From sequence record SRR31156797_3322: a stretch of 47,324 nt of DNA; one strand, 5' to 3'. A program made the position numbers and the translations under genes. Each line of letters opens with the position of its first letter. The stretch's first letter is position 1. The notes under the pieces were generated by a model. That model searched no databases and was not told the DNA's origin. It saw only the letters and a list, made by a program, of their open reading frames with translations. Positions 38,168-47,324 of this stretch are shown in pieces.

Positions 38168-39823
38168 ATGGATAGCAGACATTCTTCTGATACCAATACC
38201 AGCGATTCAGCAACGATTGCTCGTGTTAGCAATCTTCAGGTCAGTTTTAATACTGAAGATGGGTTGGTCAAAGCACTTAAAGGTGTGAGTTACAACATTA
38301 AACAAGGCGAAATGGTGGCATTAGTTGGTGAAAGTGGCTCAGGTAAATCCGTGTCAGTTCGCTCACTAATGGGGCTTCTAGCAAAGTCAGCCATTATCGG
38401 TGAAGAGAGTAAAGTCACTTATCGTGATATCGAACTGACGACCGCTTCAGAGAAACAGTTAAGAAAGTTACGAGGTAACGAAGTCTCAATGATTTTTCAG
38501 GAGCCAATGACGTCGCTTAACCCTCTGTACACGTTAGGTGAGCAGATCAGTGAAGCGATCATGGTTCATCAGAAAGTGACCAAAAAGCAGGCGCGTGAAA
38601 AGGCCATTGAGCTGTTTGAGTCAGTCCAGTTGCCGCATCCCGAAGAACGCTATGATCAATATCCTCACCAATTATCAGGAGGTCAAAGACAGCGCGTAAT
38701 GATAGCGATGGCGTTAACTAATGATCCTGATTTATTGATTGCAGATGAACCGACAACGGCACTCGATGTAACGGTACAGGCAAATATTTTACGTCTGATA
38801 AAAGATTTGCAGGTGAAAAAGGGGATGAGCGTTTTACTCATTACTCACGATTTAACTATTGTGCGCCAGTTTGCTGATTATATTTATGTCATGAAACAGG
38901 GTGAAGTGGTTGAGCATGGCAGTACTGAACACATATTCACCAGTGCAGAGCATGAATATACACAAATGCTTATCGATTCTGAGCCAAAAGGTACTGCAAC
39001 ACCAATTCCTGAAATATCTCCAGTGATATTAAAAGCGGATAAAATGCGGGTTGAATTTGAACTGGGTAAAAAAGGATTCTTTAAACGCAAAACCAATAAA
39101 GAACTGGTAGCGGTTGACGATATTTCAATATCGTTAAGAAAAGGCGAAACGCTGGGAATTGTTGGTGAAAGTGGTTCCGGTAAAACAACGCTAGCTATGG
39201 CGGTATTTAAGTTATTATCCGAAGGGAAAATATCCGGTGATATTACTTATGATGGTCAGCAACTGAATTTATTGTCTAATGAAGAATTGAGAAAATTACG
39301 CAAAGAGATACAAGTGGTATTTCAGGACCCGTTCTCGTCTTTAAACCCGAGGTTATCAGTAAAACAGATCCTAGAAGAGGGATTAACCGTTAATGGCTTA
39401 TATACCGACCCTGTCGAACGACAAATTAAACTCGAAAAATCGTTACTGGATGCCGGGTTATCCGCGAATATTCTGAATCGTTATCCGCATGAGTTTTCCG
39501 GAGGTCAGCGTCAGAGAATAGCCATTGCACGAGCTTTGGTACTGGATCCTAAGGTTATTCTTTTGGATGAACCAACATCGGCTCTGGACTTAACTATCCA
39601 GAATCAAATTGTTCAGGTGCTTAAGCAATTGCAGGTTAAGCGAGGAATATCCTATCTGTTTATCAGCCATGATTTACGGGTGGTTAAGTCGCTTTGTCAC
39701 CGGGTACTGGTAATGCGTCATGGTGTGGTGGTAGAAGAAGGGCCAACTATTGATGTATTAGAAAACTCTACGATCCAATATACCCAAAAATTAATTAAAG
39801 CGGCATTTGAAATAGCGGCATAA
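38168..39823 (+). CDS. ABC ATP-binding protein, fused OppD/OppF-type
   Basis: Two VGESGSGK Walker A motifs; YPHQLSGGQRQR and YPHEFSGGQRQR. Confidence 0.95.
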   Translation: MDSRHSSDTNTSDSATIARVSNLQVSFNTEDGLVKALKGVSYNIKQGEMVALVGESGSGKSVSVRSLMGLLAKSAIIGEESKVTYRDIELTTASEKQLRKLRGNEVSMIFQEPMTSLNPLYTLGEQISEAIMVHQKVTKKQAREKAIELFESVQLPHPEERYDQYPHQLSGGQRQRVMIAMALTNDPDLLIADEPTTALDVTVQANILRLIKDLQVKKGMSVLLITHDLTIVRQFADYIYVMKQGEVVEHGSTEHIFTSAEHEYTQMLIDSEPKGTATPIPEISPVILKADKMRVEFELGKKGFFKRKTNKELVAVDDISISLRKGETLGIVGESGSGKTTLAMAVFKLLSEGKISGDITYDGQQLNLLSNEELRKLRKEIQVVFQDPFSSLNPRLSVKQILEEGLTVNGLYTDPVERQIKLEKSLLDAGLSANILNRYPHEFSGGQRQRIAIARALVLDPKVILLDEPTSALDLTIQNQIVQVLKQLQVKRGISYLFISHDLRVVKSLCHRVLVMRHGVVVEEGPTIDVLENSTIQYTQKLIKAAFEIAA

Positions 39824-40040
39824 GGCGGAATATACAATTCAGATAAATATGAATGAGTTTTAAGTATTCTGACTAATACACCAGACGTTTAATTATCTGG
39901 TTAGAGAAATATCTATATTAATTCTTGTTATATCACTTTGCAGTGAGGGCTAGTGACATCCTTATATAAGGATAGCGCTGTTATGACAAGGGTTACGAAT
40001 TAATTTATAAACCTGAATAGTGGTTGATGAGTAATTGATT

Positions 40041-42161
40041 ATGAATGAGAAAAAACTGGTTGAATTAACAGGAAAGCATACTCAAATTATTATTGAGCTA
40101 GGCGAGTACGCTGAAATATTACATTGGGGCAAAAAAATTGAAGGTGAGCTGGAGCGTTGCCGTTCTGTAATTCACCGCCCTGTGCCTCAGGGGCGTCTTG
40201 ATAAAGACGTTGCGATGACAATGATGCCTGAATTGGGTCGCGGTCTTTTTAGTAGTCCGGGACTGGAAGGGCACCGTGATGGTTTGGACTGGGCGCCTGT
40301 ATTTGTGATCACTAAAGTGACTCAGGCTTGCGCTGGCAGTATCGTTATTGAAAGTGAAGATCAGCAGGCTGGTTTACTGTTGACGACTGAGCTATTACTG
40401 GATCAGTTCGATGTTATTAAAACACGTCAGACGCTGAAAAATAACAAAGCCGGTAAGTACTACCTGAACCGATTGGCTAGCACACTGCCGATGCCAACTC
40501 GAACAAAAGAGCTGATGACCTTTTATGGACGTTGGGTAAAGGAGTTTCAGACTCAGCGCCAGCCTCTGCTGCAGGGCGGTTATCAGCAGGAAAACCGTCG
40601 TGGACGCACGTCTCATGAGCATTATCCTGCATTTGTCGCAGGTACAGAAGATTTCAGCGAGAATCACGGTGAAGTCTGGGGTTTCCATTTCGCATGGAGT
40701 GGCAATCACAGAATGCGTGCCGATGTAAAAGTCGATGGTCGTCGTTATATGCAGGCCGAAGTGATTTATTTCCCAGGTGAAATCGCGCTGGAACAAGGTG
40801 AATCACATACCACACCATGGCTGTATGCGAGCTATAACGCTGGTGGTTTGAATGGTATGAGCCAACAGTTCCACTCACATGTACGTGAATCCATTCTCGC
40901 ACCGGAATTTCAGGAAAAAGTGCGCCCTGTACATCTGAATACCTGGGAAGGTATCTATTTTGACCATGATCCTGAATACATCATGTCTATGGCGACTCAG
41001 GCGGCTGAACTTGGCGTAGAACGCTTCATTATTGATGACGGCTGGTTTAAAGGTCGTGATGATGATTATGCTGCGCTGGGCGACTGGTTCTTGGATGAGC
41101 GTAAATATCCAAATGGACTCGAACCGGTGATTGAACATGTCAATAACCTTGGTATGGAGTTTGGTCTGTGGTTTGAACCTGAAATGATTAATAAAGATTC
41201 AGACATGTACAGAGAACATCCGGAATGGCTGTTGGCGGTAGATGGTTATAATCAACCTGAAGGACGTCATCAGTATGTGGTTGATTTGCTGAACGATGAT
41301 GCTTTTAATTTCTTGTATGAGCGCCTCGACTACTTCTTAGGTAAATACAATATCGGCTATATCAAATGGGATATGAACCGAGAAATTGTTCAGCCAGGTC
41401 ATAATGGACAAGCATCGGGTGTTAAGCAAACAGAACGTTTTTACGATTTAGTCGATAAACTGCGTATCAAATATCCGAATGTCAGTATCGAGTCTTGTGC
41501 TTCAGGTGGTGGGCGAGTTGACTTTGAAGTGTTAAAGAGAACCGACCGTTTCTGGCCTTCAGATAACAATGATGCACTTGAAAGACAGACCATCCAGCGT
41601 GGAATGAGTTACTTCTTCCCGCCAGAAGTGATGGGTAGCCACATTGGTTCGTCTGAATGCCACTGTACTCGCCGTAAGCATAGTATTGAATTCAGGGGTT
41701 TGATGGCGATGTTTGGACACATGGGTATCGAGCTTGATCCGGTGAAAGAGGACGAGGCAGAGAAACAAAATTTTGCTCATTACGTGGAACTGCACAAATC
41801 GATTCGTTCTTTGCTGCATAACGGTGTGAACTGGCGTCTGACAACGGATGACCCTGCGCATCAGGCTCAGGCAGTGATTGCAAAAGATCAATCTGAAGCG
41901 GTTATTCTGATTGCACAACTTGCAATGCCGACAAACTCGACAAGCGGAAACCTTCGTATTCCGGGTTTGGATGAAAAGGCACAATATCGTGTTTCAGTAC
42001 TTGATAAGCCAGCCTTTTTCGAGCGGATTGCAAATACGCAACCACCATGGATGGAAGCAGACAATGTATTATCAGGCTCATGGTGTGGTGAGATTGGTTT
42101 GTCTATTCCTGTGCTTGACCCGGAAACCGCACTGCTGCTGAAGTTAGAGCGTGTCGATTAA
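40041..42161 (+). CDS. Alpha-galactosidase, GH36 (RafA-like)
   Basis: LNTWEGIYF, FIIDDGWF, FGLWFEPEM, IKWDMNR, ESCASGGGR, WPSDNND. Confidence 0.95.
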   Translation: MNEKKLVELTGKHTQIIIELGEYAEILHWGKKIEGELERCRSVIHRPVPQGRLDKDVAMTMMPELGRGLFSSPGLEGHRDGLDWAPVFVITKVTQACAGSIVIESEDQQAGLLLTTELLLDQFDVIKTRQTLKNNKAGKYYLNRLASTLPMPTRTKELMTFYGRWVKEFQTQRQPLLQGGYQQENRRGRTSHEHYPAFVAGTEDFSENHGEVWGFHFAWSGNHRMRADVKVDGRRYMQAEVIYFPGEIALEQGESHTTPWLYASYNAGGLNGMSQQFHSHVRESILAPEFQEKVRPVHLNTWEGIYFDHDPEYIMSMATQAAELGVERFIIDDGWFKGRDDDYAALGDWFLDERKYPNGLEPVIEHVNNLGMEFGLWFEPEMINKDSDMYREHPEWLLAVDGYNQPEGRHQYVVDLLNDDAFNFLYERLDYFLGKYNIGYIKWDMNREIVQPGHNGQASGVKQTERFYDLVDKLRIKYPNVSIESCASGGGRVDFEVLKRTDRFWPSDNNDALERQTIQRGMSYFFPPEVMGSHIGSSECHCTRRKHSIEFRGLMAMFGHMGIELDPVKEDEAEKQNFAHYVELHKSIRSLLHNGVNWRLTTDDPAHQAQAVIAKDQSEAVILIAQLAMPTNSTSGNLRIPGLDEKAQYRVSVLDKPAFFERIANTQPPWMEADNVLSGSWCGEIGLSIPVLDPETALLLKLERVD

Positions 42162-42167
42162 TTAGCA

Positions 42168-42201
42168 ATATTCACCGGAGTCATTAGACTCCGGTGAATA
42201 T
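42168..42201 (+). terminator. Strong hairpin after the alpha-galactosidase gene
   Basis: ATATTCACCGGAGTC-ATTA-GACTCCGGTGAATAT; no U-tract. Confidence 0.65.
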
Positions 42202-42252
42202 ACATTGAATATCAGTAAATAAAACATCCAGTTCAAATAAGGTTTAATTCAC

Positions 42253-43227
42253 ATGGCAACGGTAAGAGATATTGCTGCATTAGTGGGTGTATCTGTAGCG
42301 ACAGTGTCCAGAGTTATTAATCATTCTGATGATGTTTCCCCTGCAATGGTGGAGAAAGTAAATAAAGCACTTGAAGAGTGTCAATATAAGAAATCCACAC
42401 CAAAAAGAAAACAGAGTAAAATATTTGCACTGATTGTGCCTAATATTAATAATTTGTTTTATTCCGAAGTCTTATATGCTTTGGAGCAAGAAGCATTTTT
42501 TAATGGTAGGTGTTTGCTGTTTTTTAATAGCAGAGGAAGTAAGCGACAAGAAAAGCTTTATTTGAATGAGTGCAAAGACCATGGCGTTGATGGTGTATTT
42601 TTGATTCCAACCTGTACTGATGATGAATATATGAGGGAGATAGATCAATACCCATTTCAAACGGTATTACTTACCCACCAATCCGATATTATGCCATCGG
42701 TGCTGATTGACCACTTTGCTGGGGGACGGTTAGTGGCAGAACACTTTATCGCTGGTGGTCACAGGCGCATAGGCTATATTGGACCTGTGAGTGACACCGA
42801 GGGTAAATATCAGGGATTTATGGGATTTTTGTCTGATAAAGGTGTGTCCGTATCTCCTCGTTGTCTGTTTAATACTCAGCTGGAATCGGAGAACAAGGCA
42901 TTCAATCAATTTATCGATACCTTAATCTCACCGGATAATAGACCGTGTGTCACCGCACTGTTCTGTTCTAACGATCTGGATGCACAAAGAACGGTTAAAT
43001 ATTTAACTAGTTTGGGTGTTTCGGTTCCGGAACAAGTGGTTGTTATTGGATTTGATAATAGTGTCACTTCCAAGATTATGGATATTTCAAGTGTCTCTCA
43101 GTCTATCAATGAGATGGTTTCTCTTGGATTTAAAACTATGTTGGACAATGTAATGCTAGCTGAAAAACCTTTATTCAATAGTGTCCAATTACTTAAACCA
43201 AAACTCGTTGTGAGAAGCCGGAATTAG
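42253..43227 (+). CDS. LacI-family transcriptional regulator
   Basis: TVRDIAALVGVSVATVSRVIN HTH; GHRRIGYI and VIGFDN. Confidence 0.93.
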   Translation: MATVRDIAALVGVSVATVSRVINHSDDVSPAMVEKVNKALEECQYKKSTPKRKQSKIFALIVPNINNLFYSEVLYALEQEAFFNGRCLLFFNSRGSKRQEKLYLNECKDHGVDGVFLIPTCTDDEYMREIDQYPFQTVLLTHQSDIMPSVLIDHFAGGRLVAEHFIAGGHRRIGYIGPVSDTEGKYQGFMGFLSDKGVSVSPRCLFNTQLESENKAFNQFIDTLISPDNRPCVTALFCSNDLDAQRTVKYLTSLGVSVPEQVVVIGFDNSVTSKIMDISSVSQSINEMVSLGFKTMLDNVMLAEKPLFNSVQLLKPKLVVRSRN

Positions 43228-43333
43228 TTAGCGATGAGTTAATATAATATGCCTATTTAAATGGTTTATTATTTGTTTCTTATTTTTAATTAAATAATGA
43301 CTCTATACATGTATCTTTCAAGGATAAGATATT

Positions 43334-44812
43334 ATGAAAAATAAAGTTCAATTAATTACCTATACCGATCGAATTAATAAAGATGGATTGAAAGGGTTAA
43401 CCGATATTCTCAATAATCAGCTTGGAAATTTGTTTGCTGGTGTCCACATTTTGCCGTTTTACTATCCCATAGATGGAAGTGACGCGGGTTTTGACCCGAT
43501 TGATCATGCTCAGATAGATCCAAGACTCGGTGCTTGGAATGATTTGAAGGTATTGAGTCAAGATAGTGAAGTAATGGCTGACCTTATTGTTAATCATGCT
43601 TCTGCCCAGTCACCTGAATTTTTGGATGTGCTAAGTAAGGGGGCTGATTCAGAATATTGGTCCATGTTTCTGAAAGAACGGGATGTTTTTCCTGATGGTA
43701 TGACTCAGGAGCAGGCCGACAAAATATACCGGCCTCGTCCCGGAAGTTGTTTCAGCAGCAAAACGCTGGATTCAGGCGAAAAGGTGAATTTCTGGACAAC
43801 CTTTACCGATAACCAGATAGATATCAACGTTGAATCGACTGCCGGCCAGGCGTACTTAAACAATGTGCTGAACTTGTTTGCTGAGAATGGGGTAAAAATT
43901 ATCAGGCTTGATGCCGCAGGTTATGCGATAAAACGTGCAGGTACATCATGCTTTATGACAGACGAAGCATTCGAATTTATTGATAAATTATCCAAAAAAG
44001 CGAATGAGCTTGGTATGGAGACTGTCGCTGAGATTCACAGTCACTATAAAACTCAGATTGATGTCGCCGCAAGGGTCAATCGGGTATATGACTTCGCGTT
44101 ACCACCACTGATTCTGCATTCGTTGTTTACAAATAATGTCAGAGCACTGGTTTCCTGGTTGATGATTGCGCCAAGGAACTGTCTGACTGTACTGGATACA
44201 CATGACGGAATTGGCATTATTGATGCTGGCCCCCAAAATGACAAACCTGGTTTGCTCACGGCTGATGAAATCGATTTGTTGGTCGAAACGATTCATATCA
44301 ATAGTCACGGTCAAAGTCGCAAAGCAACAGGTGCAGCTGCGAGTAATGTCGATCTTTATCAGGTGAACTGTACTTATTACGATGCTCTGGGCGCTGACAA
44401 CTTGTTGTATCTGTTTGCCAGAGCAATACAGTTCTTCAGCCCGGGTGTGCCGCAGGTTTACTATGGCGGTCTGCTTGCAATATCTAACGATATGGATTTG
44501 CTGGAAAAAACCAATGTGGGACGTGATATTAACCGACCTTACCTCTCTGCTGAGGAAGTGGCGTTGTGGCTGAAGACGCCGGTCGTGAATGCACTGTGTC
44601 AACTGATTCAACTTCGTAACTCCTGTGCAGCCTTTGATGGCGTATTTACGGTTAGTGGTTCAGAGTCAAAATTATCTCTGTGTTGGGTTAATGGCAGTGA
44701 TAAGGCTATTTTGGATCTGGATCTGTCAAAGCGTAGCGGTTGTGTGACGATAACCTCTGATGACGAGACTATTTATTATGATCTTGAAGGTCTGTTAAAT
44801 ATCGCAGTTTAG
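43334..44812 (+). CDS. gtfA: Sucrose phosphorylase (GH13_18)
   Basis: MKNKVQLITY.DR, RLDAAGY, EIH and LDTHDGIG, with acceptor loops YRPRP and AAASNVDLYQ as in bifidobacterial sucrose phosphorylase. Confidence 0.9.
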   Translation: MKNKVQLITYTDRINKDGLKGLTDILNNQLGNLFAGVHILPFYYPIDGSDAGFDPIDHAQIDPRLGAWNDLKVLSQDSEVMADLIVNHASAQSPEFLDVLSKGADSEYWSMFLKERDVFPDGMTQEQADKIYRPRPGSCFSSKTLDSGEKVNFWTTFTDNQIDINVESTAGQAYLNNVLNLFAENGVKIIRLDAAGYAIKRAGTSCFMTDEAFEFIDKLSKKANELGMETVAEIHSHYKTQIDVAARVNRVYDFALPPLILHSLFTNNVRALVSWLMIAPRNCLTVLDTHDGIGIIDAGPQNDKPGLLTADEIDLLVETIHINSHGQSRKATGAAASNVDLYQVNCTYYDALGADNLLYLFARAIQFFSPGVPQVYYGGLLAISNDMDLLEKTNVGRDINRPYLSAEEVALWLKTPVVNALCQLIQLRNSCAAFDGVFTVSGSESKLSLCWVNGSDKAILDLDLSKRSGCVTITSDDETIYYDLEGLLNIAV

Positions 44813-44852
44813 GTCTTTAGCAGGACTGGTTGATAGAGGGGCTAATCCTTTA

Positions 44853-44868
44853 GTGTAAGCGTTTACCA
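44853..44868. promoter_or_regulatory. GalR-type operator (distal)
   Basis: GTGTAAGCGTTTACCA versus GTGKAANCGNTTMCAC. Confidence 0.6.
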
Positions 44869-44964
44869 TAATCGTGTGGTTGTTGTGATGAGTGACGAAG
44901 GCGATAATAACCGTAAATTAACTCAAGGCTAATAATTAAAGTGTTATGGGCTTTGAAATGTTTT

Positions 44965-44980
44965 GTGGAAACGTTTACAC
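44965..44980. promoter_or_regulatory. GalR-type operator (proximal)
   Basis: GTGGAAACGTTTACAC matches the consensus. Adjacent CRP-like ATTGA-N6-TCACG (44983-98) and TG-A-TAGACT -10 (45018-26). Confidence 0.8.
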
Positions 44981-45087
44981 TAATTGATATTGATCACGGT
45001 TTTTTCAGGTCATTAATTGATAGACTTTTGTTAACGGATAATCGGGTATTTGATTCGAATCAGGTCTCTTAAATGGGAGAAGTACAA

Positions 45088-46098
45088 ATGAAAGTTCTTG
45101 TTACGGGCGGCATGGGTTATATCGGCAGTCATACGTGTGTGCAGATGATTGAACAGGGCATGGAGCCCATCATCATTGATAATCTTTGTAATGCCAAAGA
45201 AGAAGTGTTGAATCGTATAGAAGCCTTAACTGGTCAGCGTCCGGTTTTTTATCCCGGTGACGTGCGTGATGAAGAATTTCTGGATTCTGTATTCGCCAAA
45301 CATGACTTTCAGGCAGTGATTCATTTTGCTGGTTTGAAAGCGGTCGGTGAGTCGGTCGTAAAACCACTGGAATACTACGATAACAATGTTAACGGCTCAC
45401 TAGTGCTGGCTCGCAGTATGCGCAAAGCCGGAGTAAAAAGCATTGTATTCAGTTCTTCTGCAACTGTGTATGGTGACCCTGCGGTGGTTCCTATTACCGA
45501 AGACTCTGCAACCGGAGCGACAACTAATCCGTATGGACGTAGTAAGTACATGGTTGAAGAGTGTTTTAGCGACCTGTTTAAAGCAGAGAGCGACTGGAGT
45601 ATCACCTTGTTACGTTACTTCAACCCTGTCGGCGCACATCCATCCGGTACCATGGGAGAAGATCCTCAGGGCATCCCAAACAATTTGATGCCATTCATTG
45701 CTCAGGTTGCGGTGGGGCGTCGTGAAAAATTGTCAGTGTTTGGTGATGATTACTCGACACCCGATGGCACCGGAGTCAGAGATTATATCCACGTCATGGA
45801 CCTGGCTGATGGACATATTGCTGCTTTGAAAGCGGTGGGTGAAAAATCCGGACTGCATATTTTCAACCTAGGTACGGGTAAAGGTTCAAGTGTACTGGAA
45901 ATGATTGAAGCGTTTAGCAAAGCCTGCGGTAAACCGGTTCCTTATGAAATTTGTCCTCGACGTCCGGGCGATATCGCTGAGTGTTGGTCGAGCACAGTCA
46001 AAGCAGAACAACTGCTGGGATGGAAAGCGACACGAAGTGTAGAGCAAATGACGGCTGATACATGGAATTGGCAATCTAAAAATCCAACCGGATATTGA
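45088..46098 (+). CDS. galE: UDP-glucose 4-epimerase
   Basis: VLVTGGMGYIGSH, HFAGLKAVGES, FSSSATVYG, YGRSK, LRYFNPVGAH. Confidence 0.97.
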   Translation: MKVLVTGGMGYIGSHTCVQMIEQGMEPIIIDNLCNAKEEVLNRIEALTGQRPVFYPGDVRDEEFLDSVFAKHDFQAVIHFAGLKAVGESVVKPLEYYDNNVNGSLVLARSMRKAGVKSIVFSSSATVYGDPAVVPITEDSATGATTNPYGRSKYMVEECFSDLFKAESDWSITLLRYFNPVGAHPSGTMGEDPQGIPNNLMPFIAQVAVGRREKLSVFGDDYSTPDGTGVRDYIHVMDLADGHIAALKAVGEKSGLHIFNLGTGKGSSVLEMIEAFSKACGKPVPYEICPRRPGDIAECWSSTVKAEQLLGWKATRSVEQMTADTWNWQSKNPTGY

Positions 46099-46151
46099 TA
46101 GTTCTCTGTCTTAAACGACAGTTATTGAAGAATAAAAGTTGAGCAACGCAA

Positions 46152-47207
46152 ATGTCGAATATTGAATTTAATCCAGTTGATCATCCGCATCGTCGTTTTA
46201 ACCCTCTGACCGGACAGTGGATTCTGGTATCTCCTCACCGTGCAAAACGCCCTTGGAGTGGTGCAGACGAAAAGCCCTCTGTTGCTGAATTGCCGAAGTA
46301 CGATGAAAAATGTTTTCTTTGTCCTACGAATACTCGTGTGTCCGGAGATGTTAATCCGGATTATCAGGGGACTTACGTCTTCAACAATGATTTTGCTGCG
46401 CTGATGGTCGACTCACCTGATGCACCGAAATCTGATAATCCACTTTTCAGAGTAGAAGGTGCACGTGGTTTGAGTCGGGTGATCTGTTTTTCTCCGGACC
46501 ACAGTAAAACTCTGCCGGAATTACCACTCGATAAAATCCGTGGTGTAATCGATACCTGGAACGAACAAATTGAAGAACTGGGTAAAGATTTTATCTGGGT
46601 TCAGGCATTTGAAAATAAGGGGGAGGCGATGGGATGTTCTCAACCTCACCCGCATGGACAAATATGGGCCAATAGCTTTTTACCTAATGAGATCGAGCGA
46701 AAAGAGCGTAATTTAAAAGCCTATTATCAAGAAAATGGTCGTAATTTGCTGGTGGATTATGTTCAGGCTGAACTCGAAGATGGCTCACGTATTGTCGTCG
46801 AAACAGAGCACTGGGTTGCGATGGTGCCTTATTGGGCCGCGTGGCCATTTGAAACCATGCTGATGCCGAAAGCACATATTCGTCGAATTAGTGAATTGTC
46901 CGATGAACAGCGTGATGACTTATCCCTGGCGATTAAAAAGCTAACCAGTCGTTATGATAATTTATTCCAGTGTTCTTTCCCGTATTCGATGGGGTGGCAT
47001 TACGCGCCGTTTTTTGAACGAGGCACAGATATCGAACACTGGCAGCTTCATGCTCTGTTTTATCCACCCCTATTGCGCAGTGCAACTGTACGTAAATTTA
47101 TGGTTGGTTATGAAATGTTGGCGGAATCTCAGCGAGACCTGACCGCAGAACAGGCGGCGCAAAGACTTCGAGATCTCAGTGACGTTCACTACAAAGAGCG
47201 GCAATAA
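46152..47207 (+). CDS. galT: Galactose-1-phosphate uridylyltransferase
   Basis: [37 protein letters not shown]. Confidence 0.97.
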   Translation: MSNIEFNPVDHPHRRFNPLTGQWILVSPHRAKRPWSGADEKPSVAELPKYDEKCFLCPTNTRVSGDVNPDYQGTYVFNNDFAALMVDSPDAPKSDNPLFRVEGARGLSRVICFSPDHSKTLPELPLDKIRGVIDTWNEQIEELGKDFIWVQAFENKGEAMGCSQPHPHGQIWANSFLPNEIERKERNLKAYYQENGRNLLVDYVQAELEDGSRIVVETEHWVAMVPYWAAWPFETMLMPKAHIRRISELSDEQRDDLSLAIKKLTSRYDNLFQCSFPYSMGWHYAPFFERGTDIEHWQLHALFYPPLLRSATVRKFMVGYEMLAESQRDLTAEQAAQRLRDLSDVHYKERQ

Positions 47208-47324
47208 CCAGCGTGAAGGCTGTTTGTATTTGATTTTAAAGTGTCTTTCTGGGGGAATTACATTCGCTTTAGTGGCTTGACGGCACTATCTAAGCCTTCA
47301 ATTTTTAATGCTAAGCAGAGCTGA

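Noticed and set aside
1-47324. Short antisense or overlapping ORFs in the six-frame track; CRISPR, integron attC, IS elements, tRNA/rRNA
   Set aside because: The short ORFs lie within well-supported genes and lack motifs. No repeat arrays, transposases, integrases or structural RNA genes were recognised.

Overview
A gene-dense accessory region of a gammaproteobacterium, probably Vibrionaceae (inferred from gene content and terminator style). I found no rRNA, tRNA, CRISPR array, integron cassette or transposase. In order: (1) a 5'-truncated amidoligase-family gene overlapping a C26 gamma-glutamyl hydrolase, plus a convergent P-loop kinase; (2) a SorC-family regulator, RbsD/FucU mutarotase, sugar ABC importer and mtnK-mtnA-ald2, i.e. 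a DHAP-shunt pathway organised as a sugar-uptake operon for 5-deoxy/5-methylthio-pentoses; (3) an EamA/LysR pair and a tandem-DUF2061 gene with Fur- and OxyR-like sites; (4) a group-2 Mrp Na+/H+ antiporter operon, a USP and a YARHG protein; (5) a long-linker ABC-F with a possible leader peptide; (6) a metal cluster: AztD-like lipoprotein under a Zur box, and a PepSY_TM gene preceded by a DUF2946 RAPP-motif leader lacking the usual CXXC; (7) MerR/SDR and SnoaL/luciferase-like modules separated by a decayed LysR; (8) an alpha-galactoside locus (RafY-like porin, MelR, AgpA-type ABC, GH36, hinge-less LacI, sucrose phosphorylase) running into galE-galT. The best candidates for undescribed biology are the importer-coupled DHAP shunt and the non-canonical DUF2946 arrest-peptide module. 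Family calls rest on motifs recognised by eye; no database searches were run.
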